The notes beneath the pieces were generated by a model. It saw only the letters and a list, made by a program, of their open reading frames with translations. It did no database searches and was not told the DNA's origin. The translations under genes were made by a program, and so were the position numbers. Positions 52,361 through 63,059 of a stretch of 64,000 nt of DNA are shown piece by piece; within the stretch, counting starts at the first letter, position 1; each line of letters begins with the position of its first letter. The DNA is from an uncultured bacterium (GTDB lineage Bacteria; Chloroflexota; UBA5177; JANWHV01): positions 320,001-384,000 of the forward strand of contig CAWHAE010000010.1 in assembly GCA_963827235.1 (NCBI GenBank), written 5' to 3'.

Positions 52361-53365
52361 CTAAGCCACCCGCGCAGGCGGCGAGATCGTCTTGCCGGGA
52401 TCGCGCTCCGCGAGGCCGCCCACGGCCTGCTCGATGCGCGACAGGACGGCCGAATCCAGCTTCACCTCGACGGCCTTTGCATTGGAGCGGATCTGCTCCG
52501 GACGCGAGGCTCCAATGATCGCTGACGCTACGTGCTCGTTGTGAAGCACCCAGGCCAGGGCGAGCTGGGCCATGGTCAGGCCCAGCTCGCCGGCAATCGG
52601 CTGCAGGTTTTGCACGCCGGCCAGGATCTCATCCGACAGCAGCCTGCTGATAAAGGTAGCGCCGCCCTTCGCGTCCGTCGCGCGGCTGCCTTCAGGCAAT
52701 GGCGCGCCAGGCTTGTACTTCCCGCTCAGCACGCCCTGCGCGATCGGGGAGAAGACGATCTGCGAGATGCCCAGCTCCGCCGAGGTTGGTATGACCTGGG
52801 CTTCGATCACGCGCCATAGCAGGGAATACTGTGGCTGATTCGAGATGAGCTGGAAGCCAAGCTGCTTCGCCAGTCCCTGCCCGGCGCGAATCTGCTCGGC
52901 GGTCCACTCGCTGACGCCGATATACAGTGCTTTGCCCTGCCGCACGACGTCGGCAAATGCCTGCATGGTCTCCTCGAGCGGCGTTTCGAAGTCGAAGCGG
53001 TGCGCCTGGTACAGGTCGACGTAGCCGGTGCGCAAGCGCGTCAACGAGGCGTCAATGGACTCGAAGATATGTTTGCGGGAGAGTCCTGTATCGTTGTGGC
53101 CGCCCGGCCCTGTCGGCCAATACACCTTGGTGAAGATCTCGAGCGACTGCCTGCGCTCACCCTTCAATGCATCGCCAAGCACCTCCTCGGCGGCACCATT
53201 CGCGTAGCCGTCCGCCGTATCGAACGAGGAAATGCCCGCTTCGAGCGCCGCCCGGACGCATTCTTTCGCCGTGGCGCTCTCGATCTGAGATCCGTGCGTG
53301 ATCCAGTTGCCGTAGGTGAGGGCGGAGATCTTCAGCCCGCTCTTGCCGAGGTACCTGTATTCCAC
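52361..53365 (-). CDS. Aldo/keto reductase (Kv-beta-like)
   Basis: 'YRYLGKSGLKIS', 'FDTADGY', 'DLYQAH', 'GVSEW', 'SPIAQGVL'. Confidence 0.92.
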   Translation of the reverse strand: MEYRYLGKSGLKISALTYGNWITHGSQIESATAKECVRAALEAGISSFDTADGYANGAAEEVLGDALKGERRQSLEIFTKVYWPTGPGGHNDTGLSRKHIFESIDASLTRLRTGYVDLYQAHRFDFETPLEETMQAFADVVRQGKALYIGVSEWTAEQIRAGQGLAKQLGFQLISNQPQYSLLWRVIEAQVIPTSAELGISQIVFSPIAQGVLSGKYKPGAPLPEGSRATDAKGGATFISRLLSDEILAGVQNLQPIAGELGLTMAQLALAWVLHNEHVASAIIGASRPEQIRSNAKAVEVKLDSAVLSRIEQAVGGLAERDPGKTISPPARVA

Positions 53366-53838
53366 GGTCGATTGGTCCTTTCTGGCGGCTTTCGCCTGCA
53401 CGGGCGCGGATACGACTTGCCGCGGCCGTGGAAAGAGTGATATGCGACGATTTTCGGTGCAGACACGAATAAGGATACTCCGGCTGCCTCAAGTCAGGGC
53501 CGAACGCGGTGTCCGGCACGGCCAGTCTCCTGTTCGATTTCACGGCTCGGCACCGACGCGGTGGCCCGAAGCCAACGCGGTATACTGCCGGAAAGGGCAG
53601 AGTAGCCGGCCTCGTCGGCCGCACTCGAGCAGCGCGCGGCGGCGTCTGAGCCGTGCTTCGGCGAGAGGCCGGAGCACCGATGGAGCTGCCCGAGAAGTCG
53701 CATCTCGCGGACGATCCTACCAGCCACGGCGTCATGCGCTCGAGCCACAACGGCATGGCCTTTGCTCGGCGCGCGACATCTACGTATGACGATGAACGCG
53801 CAGAACCTGCGCGTGCCGGCGAAAGGGAGCCCACAGCG

Positions 53839-54975
53839 ATGATGACACACCGGGAACGAACGATGGCGGCCTTGAGCTATCGACCTTACGATCGATTGCC
53901 ACTGATCCATTTCGGCTTTTGGAAGGAGACGCTCCAGAAATGGCACGGCGAGGGACACCTCACGGCTGAAGAGGCAGCGGGCTGGGAGGACGGCAACCGG
54001 TTCGACCGGCTCATCTCCGCGAAGCTCGGCTTTGACTTCAACTGGATGAACTCGATTTTTCCCTGGTTCGATCGCTACGGGATCGGCCTGGTGCCGCCCT
54101 TTGAGCAGCGCCTGATCGAGGAACGGCCGGACGGCACGCGGCTGCTCCAGAACGTCGACGGCGTGGTCGTGATGAAGAAGGCAGGAGCAGTGTCCATTCC
54201 TGCCGAGGTGGATCACCTGCTCAAGGATAGAGCGAGCTGGGAGGCACAGTACCTGCCGCGGCTGCAGTATTCGCGGGAGCGGGTAGACGAACGGGCGCTG
54301 GAGAGGATGCGCGACGAGGCGAAGGAAGAAGACCTTCCGCTCGGCATATACTGCGGCAGCATGATCGGCCGCGTTCGGGAGTGGTGCGGCCTGGTCGGCC
54401 TGAGCTACATCGCCGCGGACGACGAAGGCCTGTTCTATGAGATGATCGACACCTATGCGGATCTGTGCTTCCAGGTGGCGGAGCAGGTACTGGCCACCGG
54501 CATACACTTCGACTTCGCGCACTTCTGGGAAGACATCTGCTTTAAGGGCGGCCCGCTGGTGAACCCGCGCATGTTCGATCGCAAGATCGGTCCGCACTAT
54601 GCGCGTATCGTGAACCTGCTGCACGAGCACGGCATCAGCATCGTGTCTCTGGACTGCGACGGCAAGATCGACCGGCTGCTGCCGACGTGGCTCAACGCCG
54701 GGGTGAACACGATGTGCCCTATCGAAGTCGGCACCTGGGGCGCCAGCATCGGGCCGTGGCGCGAACAGTACGGCACCCAGATCCGGGGAGTGGGCGGCCT
54801 AGCGAAGCACGTGTTTGCCCAGGATCGCGACGCGGTCGACGCCGAGATTCGGCGGTTGAAGCCGCTCATCGAGCTCGGCGGCTATGTTCCCTGCCCCGAC
54901 CACCGGCTGCCACCGGATGCGGAGTGGGAGAACGTGCGGTACTATTGCGTGCGCATGCGCGAGCAGTTTGGCTAG
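53839..54975 (+). CDS. Uroporphyrinogen decarboxylase / MtaA-CmuA family protein
   Basis: 'FWEDICFKGGPL', 'DCDG', 'PIEVG', 'GGYVPCPDH'. Confidence 0.8.
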   Translation: MMTHRERTMAALSYRPYDRLPLIHFGFWKETLQKWHGEGHLTAEEAAGWEDGNRFDRLISAKLGFDFNWMNSIFPWFDRYGIGLVPPFEQRLIEERPDGTRLLQNVDGVVVMKKAGAVSIPAEVDHLLKDRASWEAQYLPRLQYSRERVDERALERMRDEAKEEDLPLGIYCGSMIGRVREWCGLVGLSYIAADDEGLFYEMIDTYADLCFQVAEQVLATGIHFDFAHFWEDICFKGGPLVNPRMFDRKIGPHYARIVNLLHEHGISIVSLDCDGKIDRLLPTWLNAGVNTMCPIEVGTWGASIGPWREQYGTQIRGVGGLAKHVFAQDRDAVDAEIRRLKPLIELGGYVPCPDHRLPPDAEWENVRYYCVRMREQFG

Positions 54976-56750
54976 ATGCCGGTGCCGAGTCCCTGGCCGG
55001 CCAACAGCTGAGCTACCTCGCCGGCGGTGGCCAGCGAGCACGCCTTCGCGGCCAGGTCGCGCAACCGGTTGTAGTCCAGCGTTCTCAGGCGATCGCGAAC
55101 CGGGAGCAGACGAGCGGGTCCAACGCTCAGCTCGTCGACTCCGAGGCCGACCAGAAGGGGCATCTCCTGCAGGTTGCCTGCCGACTCGCCGCAAGCGCCG
55201 ACCGGGCACTGGGCCGCATGGGCCGCCTCTACCACCATGTGCACCAATCGAAGCACGGCTGGATGCTGGAAGCGACAGAGATCCGCCACGCGCGAATTGC
55301 CGCGGTCGCAGGCCAGCGTGTACTGCACCAGATCGTTGGTGCCGATGCTCAGGAAATCCGCCTCGCGCGCCAGTGCCCCGGCGATCAGCGCCGCTGCCGG
55401 CACTTCGATCATGGCGCCTATCTTCAAGGGTGCCGCGAGGATCGGATGCAGATCGGCGCACACGGCCTCGACTGCTCGGCGAGCCCGGATGAACTCGTCG
55501 AGCGTCGTGATCATGGGGAACATGAGACGCAGCTCGGTACCACACAGCGATGAAGCGCGAAGCAGGGCGCGAGCCTGCGCGGCAAACAGCGCCGGCTCGT
55601 CCAGCAGTATTCTGATGCCGCGCCAGCCCAGAAACGGGTTAGCTTCATGCCCGAAGTGCAGGAACGGGAGCGGCTTGTCGCCGCCGGCGTCCATCGCTCG
55701 TACGACGACTGGGCGAGTGCCGACTTCCCGCAGGACAGCGGCATACGCTTCGCTCAAGGCGTCTTCGCCGGGTGCCTCACCGTCTCCGGTACCCAGTGTC
55801 GCCAGCAGGAATTCGGTGCGCAGCACGCCCACGCCCTCTGCCCCGTTTGCCACGGCCAGCCTCGCCTCGGCGACGCTGCTGGCGTTGGCTGCCAGCTCCA
55901 CCCGATGTCCGTCCGACGTATGGTAGGGCGGTGGGGGCAGGTCCTCCGAGCGCGTCTGGCCCGCGGCGCCGGCCCGACCGCGTTCCAGGTGCGCGAGGCG
56001 TTCCGCGTCAGTGGGCTCGACGAGCACCAGGCCGGCGCTGCCGTCGACGAGCAGGTCGGTGCCGGTTTCGATCGCGCCAAGCGCGGCGGCTACTCCGACA
56101 ACGAGGGGAATACCAAGGCCGCGCACCAGGATTGCAGTGTGCGCGGTTGCGGTGCCCTCCGCCAGCACGATGCCCTGCACGTGCTCCCGCTGCAGGGCGG
56201 CGATGCTGCTCGGCGCCAAGTCCTTGGCGACGAGGACGTGGGGAGCGGTAGGAAAATGCGGCCTGCGGGCGCCGGCGGCACCGGCTAGAACGTGCAGAAC
56301 TCGCCGTTCGACGTCGCGCAGGTCGGCGGAGCGGGCGCACAGATAGGGATCAGGCAAGGCCTCGAGCTCAGAGGCCGCCGCCTCCAGCACGGACGTAACG
56401 CCGATCTCAGCCGTGCGGCCTTGCTCGGTGATTGCCTCGTACATGGGACCGAGCAGCGAGGGATCCTGCAAGAACAGGGCGTGTACCTCGAAGATCGCGG
56501 CCTCGTCGGCACCGACCTGCGCGCGCATGCGACTGGTGAGCTCCTCCAGATCGTGAATGGTACTCGCCAGCGCCACGTCCAGGCGGTGGCGCTCTGCTTC
56601 CCGCGCTTCGCCCGCCGGCACCAGCTCACGCCTGACCTCTCCCATGGTGGTCGCCGGGTCCGGATGGCCGAGCACGAACGCGACTCCGTATCCTATGCCG
56701 GGAGAGGCAGCGATGCCGGTCAGTCGCCGCGTCCTGTTCATCTCCGTCAC
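54972..56750 (-). CDS. ptsI: PTS enzyme I (PEP-protein phosphotransferase)
   Basis: 'GIAASPG', phospho-His 'TAHTAI', 'DAGGDK', 'NPFLGWRG', 'SIGTNDLVQY', 'CGE'. Confidence 0.93.
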   Translation of the reverse strand: MTEMNRTRRLTGIAASPGIGYGVAFVLGHPDPATTMGEVRRELVPAGEAREAERHRLDVALASTIHDLEELTSRMRAQVGADEAAIFEVHALFLQDPSLLGPMYEAITEQGRTAEIGVTSVLEAAASELEALPDPYLCARSADLRDVERRVLHVLAGAAGARRPHFPTAPHVLVAKDLAPSSIAALQREHVQGIVLAEGTATAHTAILVRGLGIPLVVGVAAALGAIETGTDLLVDGSAGLVLVEPTDAERLAHLERGRAGAAGQTRSEDLPPPPYHTSDGHRVELAANASSVAEARLAVANGAEGVGVLRTEFLLATLGTGDGEAPGEDALSEAYAAVLREVGTRPVVVRAMDAGGDKPLPFLHFGHEANPFLGWRGIRILLDEPALFAAQARALLRASSLCGTELRLMFPMITTLDEFIRARRAVEAVCADLHPILAAPLKIGAMIEVPAAALIAGALAREADFLSIGTNDLVQYTLACDRGNSRVADLCRFQHPAVLRLVHMVVEAAHAAQCPVGACGESAGNLQEMPLLVGLGVDELSVGPARLLPVRDRLRTLDYNRLRDLAAKACSLATAGEVAQLLAGQGLGTGI

Positions 56751-56755
56751 CCTGC

Positions 56756-57403
56756 CTAGTCGCGGAGGCTCTCCGCCAACGTCTGGAACAGGTACATCGT
56801 GCTGGTGGCACCTGGATCCTGGTGGCCGGCGCTCCTCTCGGCCAGGTAGCTAGCGCGGCCCTTGGTAGCTATCAGTGGTATGGTAGCGCCGGCACCGTAC
56901 TCGGCGGCGCCGGCGCTCGTTGCCGCAATCTCACCGAGCGGCTGCCCCCGCCGCAACGCCGATTGAAAGGCATCTACCGCCGGCCAAAAGGCGTCGAGCA
57001 TCGTCTTCTCGCCTCGACCGCTCCTGCCACGCGCCGCAACTCCCTCGCAGGCCAGGTCGAGTGCGGCGCCGAGCTCGGCGGCGCTCGCCGAGCTCTTCCC
57101 GGCCAGCGCGCCGCCCATGCGCAGGAAGGCGGTGCCGTAGAGAGGTCCGCTGGCCCCCCCGACGCTGGAAATCAGGGTAGTGCCGATCAGCCTGAACAGG
57201 GTGCCCAGATCTTCGGCTTCCGTGGCCTCGAGCTTCTGCACCACGGCGGTGAACCCGCGGTCCATGTTGATGCCGTGGTCGGCATCGCCGATCGCGGAAT
57301 CGAGATCGGTCAAGTACTCCTTGTTCTGCCGCAGGCGTTCGGCGAACCGGCGCATCCAGGCCGTCGCCCGGCTCACGCTCATGCAGTTGGAGCCTGGCGT
57401 CAT
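56756..57403 (-). CDS. dhaL: Dihydroxyacetone kinase ADP-binding subunit
   Basis: 'LDSAIGDADHGINMDRGF', 'GGASGPLYG', 'KGRASYL', 'DPGA'. Confidence 0.95.
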   Translation of the reverse strand: MTPGSNCMSVSRATAWMRRFAERLRQNKEYLTDLDSAIGDADHGINMDRGFTAVVQKLEATEAEDLGTLFRLIGTTLISSVGGASGPLYGTAFLRMGGALAGKSSASAAELGAALDLACEGVAARGRSGRGEKTMLDAFWPAVDAFQSALRRGQPLGEIAATSAGAAEYGAGATIPLIATKGRASYLAERSAGHQDPGATSTMYLFQTLAESLRD

Positions 57404-57407
57404 CTGA

Positions 57408-57713
57408 TCACTTCTCGCCAAAGCCGCTCTCCAGGAGCGCCCTCACGGCATCGAGGGCCGCTTCGGCGTCCTCGCCCTCGACGTGTATGCGCAGAGTATC
57501 CCCTTGCCGCGCGGCCAGGCGGAGCAGATCCATCAGGCTGCGGGTGCTGGCCGCACCGTTTGGCGTGTGCAGAGTGACGGCGGATCGGAAGCGGGCGCAC
57601 TCCTTGACCAGTGCAGCAGCCGAGCGGGCATGGAGGCCCGCCTTATTCGGCACCACGACTACCGCCTCAAGAGCGTTGGCTCCGTCGCCTGCACTGCTAT
57701 TCTGTCGTTCCAT
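57408..57713 (-). CDS. ptsH: HPr phosphocarrier protein
   Basis: 'GLHARSAA' (His15) and 'RSLMDLL' (Ser46 region). Confidence 0.9.
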   Translation of the reverse strand: MERQNSSAGDGANALEAVVVVPNKAGLHARSAAALVKECARFRSAVTLHTPNGAASTRSLMDLLRLAARQGDTLRIHVEGEDAEAALDAVRALLESGFGEK

Positions 57714-57769
57714 TGCCGTCGTGTGGTTCCTCCAGTGGCGCGCGTCCGTGGAGGGGCGCGTACTAGCAA

Positions 57770-58186
57770 TCAGGTCGACTGGGTCGACGCCGGCGGTAGG
57801 TTCTTGGGAAATCGCCTGGCCTCGTCCGCCGACGCGGCGATCTGGGCCAGTGTGAGTCCCATGCCCGCGTTCACGGCAGCCAGGACCGCACCCTCGACCA
57901 GCGGGGCGTCACTCACCACCACGCGCCGGCGCTGGTCCGGCGTGAGCCGCTCCACGGCAACCTCGGTGCTCATTACCGCGCTGCCCAGGTCGACGAAGAC
58001 CAGGGTGCCGTCGGGATTGTCCAGCTCAAGCAGTGCCCGATTAATCTTCTCTACGCTCGTGCCCAGCCCTCCTTCCGGAGCGCCTCCGGCAGCGCGCACC
58101 GGCACGCTGGGCTGCATTTGGGCGAGCAGCTCGGCGAGCCCGGCTGCAAGGCGGCTGCTGTGCGACACAATGACAATCCCTATCAC
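57770..58186 (-). CDS. dhaM: DhaM (EIIA-Man-like) phosphotransferase subunit
   Basis: 'IVIVSHS', 'GLGTS', 'DLGSA', 'DAPLVEG'. Confidence 0.92.
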   Translation of the reverse strand: MIGIVIVSHSSRLAAGLAELLAQMQPSVPVRAAGGAPEGGLGTSVEKINRALLELDNPDGTLVFVDLGSAVMSTEVAVERLTPDQRRRVVVSDAPLVEGAVLAAVNAGMGLTLAQIAASADEARRFPKNLPPASTQST

Positions 58187-58231
58187 GGCTTACGCTCCTC
58201 AATCATGCCCGACCACCCTTCAGATTCCGAG

Positions 58232-59245
58232 CTATCGTATCGGACCATGCTCCCAGGACAGGGCGGAGGTTCGCACCGGCGCATCCCACAGGCGGATGAG
58301 CTCGTCGTCGAGCTTCAGCAAGGTGAAGGAGCAACCGGCCATGTCCAGCGAGGTGATGTAGTTGCCCACCAGGCAACGCACGATCGAGATCTCACGCTCT
58401 TCCAGGAGCTGGTCGAGCAGGCCGAACATCAGGTACAGCTCGATCAACGGGGTACCGCCCATGCCGTTCACGAGAGCCAACACCCGATCGCCGGTCCGGA
58501 AAGGCAGATCTTCCAGAATCGGCACGGCTAGAAGTCCGGTGATCTCTCTCGCGCTCTTGAGCGACTCGCGACGGCGGCCCGGCTCTCCGTGGATGCCGAT
58601 GCCCACCTCCATCTCGTCGTCGGCCAGCGCGAAGGTAGGTTTGCCGGCTGCAGGTACCGTGCAGCTGGTCAGGGCCATGCCCATGCTCCGACCCTGAGCG
58701 ACGACTTTTCGCGCCACGACGGCGACCTCATCGAGGGCGGCGCCTTCCGCGGCGCGGGCACCGGCGATCTTTTCCACAAGCACTGTCACGCCGACACCGC
58801 GACGACCCGCGGTGTAAAGGCTATCTTTGACTGCCACGTCGTCGTTGGTGATCACGGTCTCCACGGGGATGTCCTCGGCGGCGGCGAGCTCCGCGGCCAT
58901 CTCGAAGTTCATCACGTCGCCGGAGTAGTTCTTGACGATGTGCAGGACGCCCGCGCCGGCGTTCACGGCCCGGCTCGCGGCGAGCACCTGATCCGGCACC
59001 GGTGAGGTGAAGATAGCGCCGGCACAGGCAGCGTCGAGCATGCCGGGCCCAACGAAGCCACCGTGGAGGGGCTCGTGGCCGCTGCCGCCGCCGGAGATAA
59101 TGCCCACCTTGCCTGAGACAGGAGCGTCGCGGCGGACAACCAGGTGGTTCTGGAAGTCGATGCGCAGGAGCTCGGGATGGGCCGCCGCCATCCCCTGCAG
59201 CGCCTCGTCTACCACAGCGCCGGCAGCGTTGATCAGCTTCTTCAT
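58232..59245 (-). CDS. dhaK: Dihydroxyacetone kinase DhaK subunit
   Basis: 'MKKLIN', 'SGGGSGHEP', 'KNYSGD', 'GIHGEPG'. Confidence 0.95.
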   Translation of the reverse strand: MKKLINAAGAVVDEALQGMAAAHPELLRIDFQNHLVVRRDAPVSGKVGIISGGGSGHEPLHGGFVGPGMLDAACAGAIFTSPVPDQVLAASRAVNAGAGVLHIVKNYSGDVMNFEMAAELAAAEDIPVETVITNDDVAVKDSLYTAGRRGVGVTVLVEKIAGARAAEGAALDEVAVVARKVVAQGRSMGMALTSCTVPAAGKPTFALADDEMEVGIGIHGEPGRRRESLKSAREITGLLAVPILEDLPFRTGDRVLALVNGMGGTPLIELYLMFGLLDQLLEEREISIVRCLVGNYITSLDMAGCSFTLLKLDDELIRLWDAPVRTSALSWEHGPIR

Positions 59246-59491
59246 CGTAGGGGTCTCCTCATGGTGCACATCTACTGTACCGCTCCGCCGCCGTCGCTCG
59301 CCATCCCGGGCAGGACGCTTCGAGCAGGTGCGATCGTAGCGTGCGACCGGGGCCCATGGCGGCACGCCGGCACCGAGGTGTCGGTATCATTCCTCCTGAG
59401 TTGCCCGGCGTGTCTCCCATCGTCGAAAGCCGCCGGACCGGCGCGGCACTGAGCCCGGTTCCACGGCATCGGCGATAGAGGATGCTAGCTG

Positions 59492-61024
59492 CTAGTTGTG
59501 CGCGCCGGCATCCCCAGGCTGCGCGGTTCCAGACGGCGCCTGAACGCGGCGCAGCGCCAGGCCAAGCACGGCGGCTGCCAGGGTGAAGGCGACCACGACG
59601 TGGAATGTGTCGTCGAATGCCGCGGCCGCTGCCGCGCTCAGTAACCGCTGCACGTACACGGGGTCCTGCGCCTGGCTCGCGTGTGCGGCGAGCACCTGCT
59701 TGGCGGCGTCGACGTGCATGGTGGAGCGCGAGGAAATCAGGGTGGACAATAGCGCTACCACCAGCGACGCCACAACCAGCTCCGAAGCAGTGGTCAGAGC
59801 GCTGACACTGTCGGCGAGAGCGCGAGGTGCCGTGTTGAACGTCTGCGTCATCAGTGGCATGACCAGAAGGCCGGCGCCGGCGCCAAAGAAGGCCAACGGG
59901 CCGATAAGGTCCCAGCCCTGGGTCGTGTTGCTGATTGTTGCCAGCCAGAGGCACCCGATCGTCATGACGGCGCCGCCCGCTACTACCAGTGGCCGAGCTC
60001 CGAGGCGGTTGAACAAGAGGCCACCCAGGGGCAGAAACACCGAGGCAGCTACGACCTGGGGCAGGAGCGAAAGCCCGGTATCGAGTGCGCCGTATCCTCG
60101 TACCTGCTGCAGGAACAGCGGTACCGCGAACAGGCCGCTGAAAACGGTGGCGTATCCAGCCCATTGGGCGACCATGGCCACGTCGAACTCCGGTGCGCCG
60201 AAGACGCGCAGCTCGACCAACGGGTTTTCCGTATGCAGCTCGGCGAAGATGAAGGAGACCAGCGCGATGGTCCCAGCCGCGAGGCCGCCGATCGTGTTGG
60301 CTGAGGACCAGCTCGTGGCGCCCTCTGATATACCGTACACCAGGCAAGCGAAGGCCATGGGTGCCAGTATCATGCCGGGCAGGTCGAATGCCGTTTGCGC
60401 CCGTCGAGCCACGGCCGGCATCGTGAGCAGACCCAGCAGCACGGCAATGACGCCGATCGGCACGTTGACCAGGAAGATCCAGCGCCAGCTCACGTCCTGC
60501 ACGAGCCAGCCGCCGAGGACCGGCCCCAGTGCGGGTGCGACCAGGACGGGCATACCCAGTATGGCGGCCACGATGCCTATCTTCTCGGGCGGCGCCAGCC
60601 GGTAAACGTAGGCCAGACCGATTGGAAAGACCATGCCGCCGCCTATGCCCTGCATCACTCGAAAGGCGATGAGCATGCCGCTACCCTGCGCGGCGGCGCA
60701 CAGCCCCGAGAAGAGGGTGAAGACGGTAATGGCGACGAGGAGCGTCGGCCTGGGACCGAAGCGCTCGGCTAGCCAACCGGCCAGCGGGACGGCCGTAGCC
60801 ATGGCCAGTGTGTAGCCGGTGATCACCCACTGGACGGTTGAAAGCGGATCGTGAAACTGCGCAACCAGCGTGGGTATGGCGACGTTCGTGGCCGTGGAGT
60901 CCAGCACCACCATGAACACGCCGACCACGATGGCCACGAGCGGTGCCAGCATGCCGCGCAGAGTGAGTGCAGGCGACTCTTCCTTCACAGGCGCCGGGAT
61001 AGCGTGGATTGCTTGCGAGGTCAT
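59492..61024 (-). CDS. DHA2 (EmrB/QacA) MFS efflux transporter
   Basis: 'LDSTATNVA', 'GWLAERFG', 'GPVLGG..WRWIFLVNVP'; about 14 TM segments. Confidence 0.92.
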   Translation of the reverse strand: MTSQAIHAIPAPVKEESPALTLRGMLAPLVAIVVGVFMVVLDSTATNVAIPTLVAQFHDPLSTVQWVITGYTLAMATAVPLAGWLAERFGPRPTLLVAITVFTLFSGLCAAAQGSGMLIAFRVMQGIGGGMVFPIGLAYVYRLAPPEKIGIVAAILGMPVLVAPALGPVLGGWLVQDVSWRWIFLVNVPIGVIAVLLGLLTMPAVARRAQTAFDLPGMILAPMAFACLVYGISEGATSWSSANTIGGLAAGTIALVSFIFAELHTENPLVELRVFGAPEFDVAMVAQWAGYATVFSGLFAVPLFLQQVRGYGALDTGLSLLPQVVAASVFLPLGGLLFNRLGARPLVVAGGAVMTIGCLWLATISNTTQGWDLIGPLAFFGAGAGLLVMPLMTQTFNTAPRALADSVSALTTASELVVASLVVALLSTLISSRSTMHVDAAKQVLAAHASQAQDPVYVQRLLSAAAAAAFDDTFHVVVAFTLAAAVLGLALRRVQAPSGTAQPGDAGAHN

Positions 61025-61332
61025 CCCAGATGTCCTTTCCGAACTGGAATGTGAGCTTGGCACGGGCGAGCAGACGCCGGTGTGACGACGCCGGCTGCCG
61101 TGGCCGTGGGCGTTCGTCTCGGGTGGAAGTGGTGGAGAGCGAGTCAGTGTCTACTCATGCACACACTCCTTCGGGACGGATACCGTCGGGCCGGCCCGCT
61201 CGAGCACTGGCTCGGGCGATGGAAATGTGAGCCGCAGGACGACCTGTGCGCATTCTCACGACCGATCGGTTGATATACTTATGCTATGTATCGGAACTTG
61301 CTTACTGTTACGAGACTTCCAGCTATATATGA

Positions 61333-61365
61333 GATAGTTACTATCATAACGATAGAGTCTATATC
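61333..61365. promoter_or_regulatory. Putative TetR operator(s)
   Basis: GATAGT-T-ACTATC palindrome (61333-61345) and GATA-N7-TATC (61351-61365) in the AT-rich divergent MFS/TetR gap. Confidence 0.55.
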
Positions 61366-61448
61366 ATGTTCTGTATGCTGTCAAGCGGGCCGCGTGCCCG
61401 GTTCGCGCCGGAAGCGGCTTCACTGCCACGGCGGAAGAAGGAGGACCA

Positions 61449-62036
61449 ATGGAACCCATGGTTCGCGAGCGGCCGGATCGACGGGTGCGTCGTACGCAGA
61501 TGGCGCTTGCCAAAGCACTGATCGCGCTCACCCTCGAGCGCGGCTACGACGCGATCAGTGTTCGCGACATCACCGAGCGCGCGGACGTGGGCTACGCTAC
61601 GTTCTTCCGCCACTTCTCGGACAAGGACGCCCTGCTCGCCGACGTGCTGCAGGTGGTGCTGGAAGAGCTTCCGGCCGAGCTGACGCGATCGGCATTCATG
61701 CCTGACGCAGCGGGTGCCATATTCGTATTCGAATACGTTCGGCAGCACAGCGAGATCGTGGGTGTGCTCTTGCGCACCCCCGCGGTGCGGCAGAACGTGC
61801 TCGACATGTGTCTGACCATCGCGCGGGCTAAACAGGATCTGAACGCAGACGGGATCGTGCCTGCCGAGGTCGCGGCATACTACACGGTCTCGGCAGCGCT
61901 CGTGCTCATCGATTGGTGGCTCGCACAGGGCATGCCCTACACACCGGAGCGGATGGGCGAGATCGCCTACGAGCTGCTTATCCGTCCCCGCCAGGCAGCG
62001 GCGTTGGAGGCGGAAGCCGGGCCTCTGCCGTGTTGA
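61449..62036 (+). CDS. TetR/AcrR family regulator
   Basis: 'DRRVRRT', HTH 'ISVRDITERADVGYATFFRHFSDK'. Confidence 0.93.
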   Translation: MEPMVRERPDRRVRRTQMALAKALIALTLERGYDAISVRDITERADVGYATFFRHFSDKDALLADVLQVVLEELPAELTRSAFMPDAAGAIFVFEYVRQHSEIVGVLLRTPAVRQNVLDMCLTIARAKQDLNADGIVPAEVAAYYTVSAALVLIDWWLAQGMPYTPERMGEIAYELLIRPRQAAALEAEAGPLPC

Positions 62037-62103
62037 CCGGCAACCCGGTTCGTGCGCGAGTCAACGGTCGCCTTTCGGCATCCGGCCTATGCGCGCGCCA
62101 GCC

Positions 62104-62132
62104 TTGACAGCGGGCACTTTCCGATATAGTAT
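62104..62132 (+). promoter_or_regulatory. Sigma70 promoter upstream of plsY
   Basis: TTGACA-17 nt-TAGTAT. Confidence 0.65.
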
Positions 62133-62237
62133 CGCTCGTATAGTTCCAGGTGGGTCATATGGAATGACGTGACTACCACATGCGCAATGCCGGTCGCCGA
62201 GACCGCGCGGCAGGAACCACGCACTGGAGAACGTGAA

Positions 62238-62861
62238 GTGGAAATCGGTCGGTACGTGTTGGCGATCCTGGCCGGATATGTCCTTGGCTCGATTCCAAGT
62301 GGTCTCCTGATCGGCCGGTTGTGGCGAGGCGTCGACATTCGCGACTTCGGCAGCGGCAAGACCGGCGCCACGAACGTGCTGCGTACGCTGGGCGCCTTTC
62401 CCGCCGCGCTCGTAGCCGGCATGGACGTCGGCAAGGGGCTGGCAGCGTTGCTGGTCGCCCACATGCTCACTCAAAGCGTGGCCGCTGCCAGCCTATCGGG
62501 CCTTGCCGCCGCACTTGGACACAATTGGCCCGTCTTTGCGAGCTTTCGCGGAGGGCGTGGCGTACTCGTTTCCTTCGCCATCTGCTGGGTGCTCTGCTGG
62601 CCGGCCGCTCTGATTGGCACGTGCATCGGCGTCCTGATTATCGCCACGAGCCGCATCGTATCGCTGGGCGTACTGATCGGCGTCGCCCTGGCGGCAGCGT
62701 CGGCGATACCGGCTGTTGCCGTGCAGCACGCATCACCCTGGGTGCTGGTGTACGCCCTGGTGAGCGCTGCGCTGATCGTCGTGCGTCACTGGGACAACAT
62801 CGAGCGCCTGCGCGCCGGTACCGAGCGCAAGCTGGGGCAACCGGCCCGTCCTGTCGCGTAG
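62238..62861 (+). CDS. plsY: Glycerol-3-phosphate acyltransferase PlsY
   Basis: 'YVLGSIPSG', '[12 protein letters not shown]', 'GHNWPVF..FRGGRG', '[11 protein letters not shown]'. Confidence 0.95.
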   Translation: MEIGRYVLAILAGYVLGSIPSGLLIGRLWRGVDIRDFGSGKTGATNVLRTLGAFPAALVAGMDVGKGLAALLVAHMLTQSVAAASLSGLAAALGHNWPVFASFRGGRGVLVSFAICWVLCWPAALIGTCIGVLIIATSRIVSLGVLIGVALAAASAIPAVAVQHASPWVLVYALVSAALIVVRHWDNIERLRAGTERKLGQPARPVA

Positions 62862-63059
62862 GAGCTGCGTCGCGGATCGCGGCTACTCGATCGCATCGAG
62901 GGCGACATTGGACGATGCGACCCAACTCCCGGTGCTATACCGAAGCCACGGTCAAACCCGCAGGCTCTGCTCGAGCGCGCCGGTGGACTCACGGAGGCGG
63001 GCAGGAAGCCAGTGGTCCCGGGCTGGGGTCACATCCGCGGATCCCGGCGTGGCTTGCCT

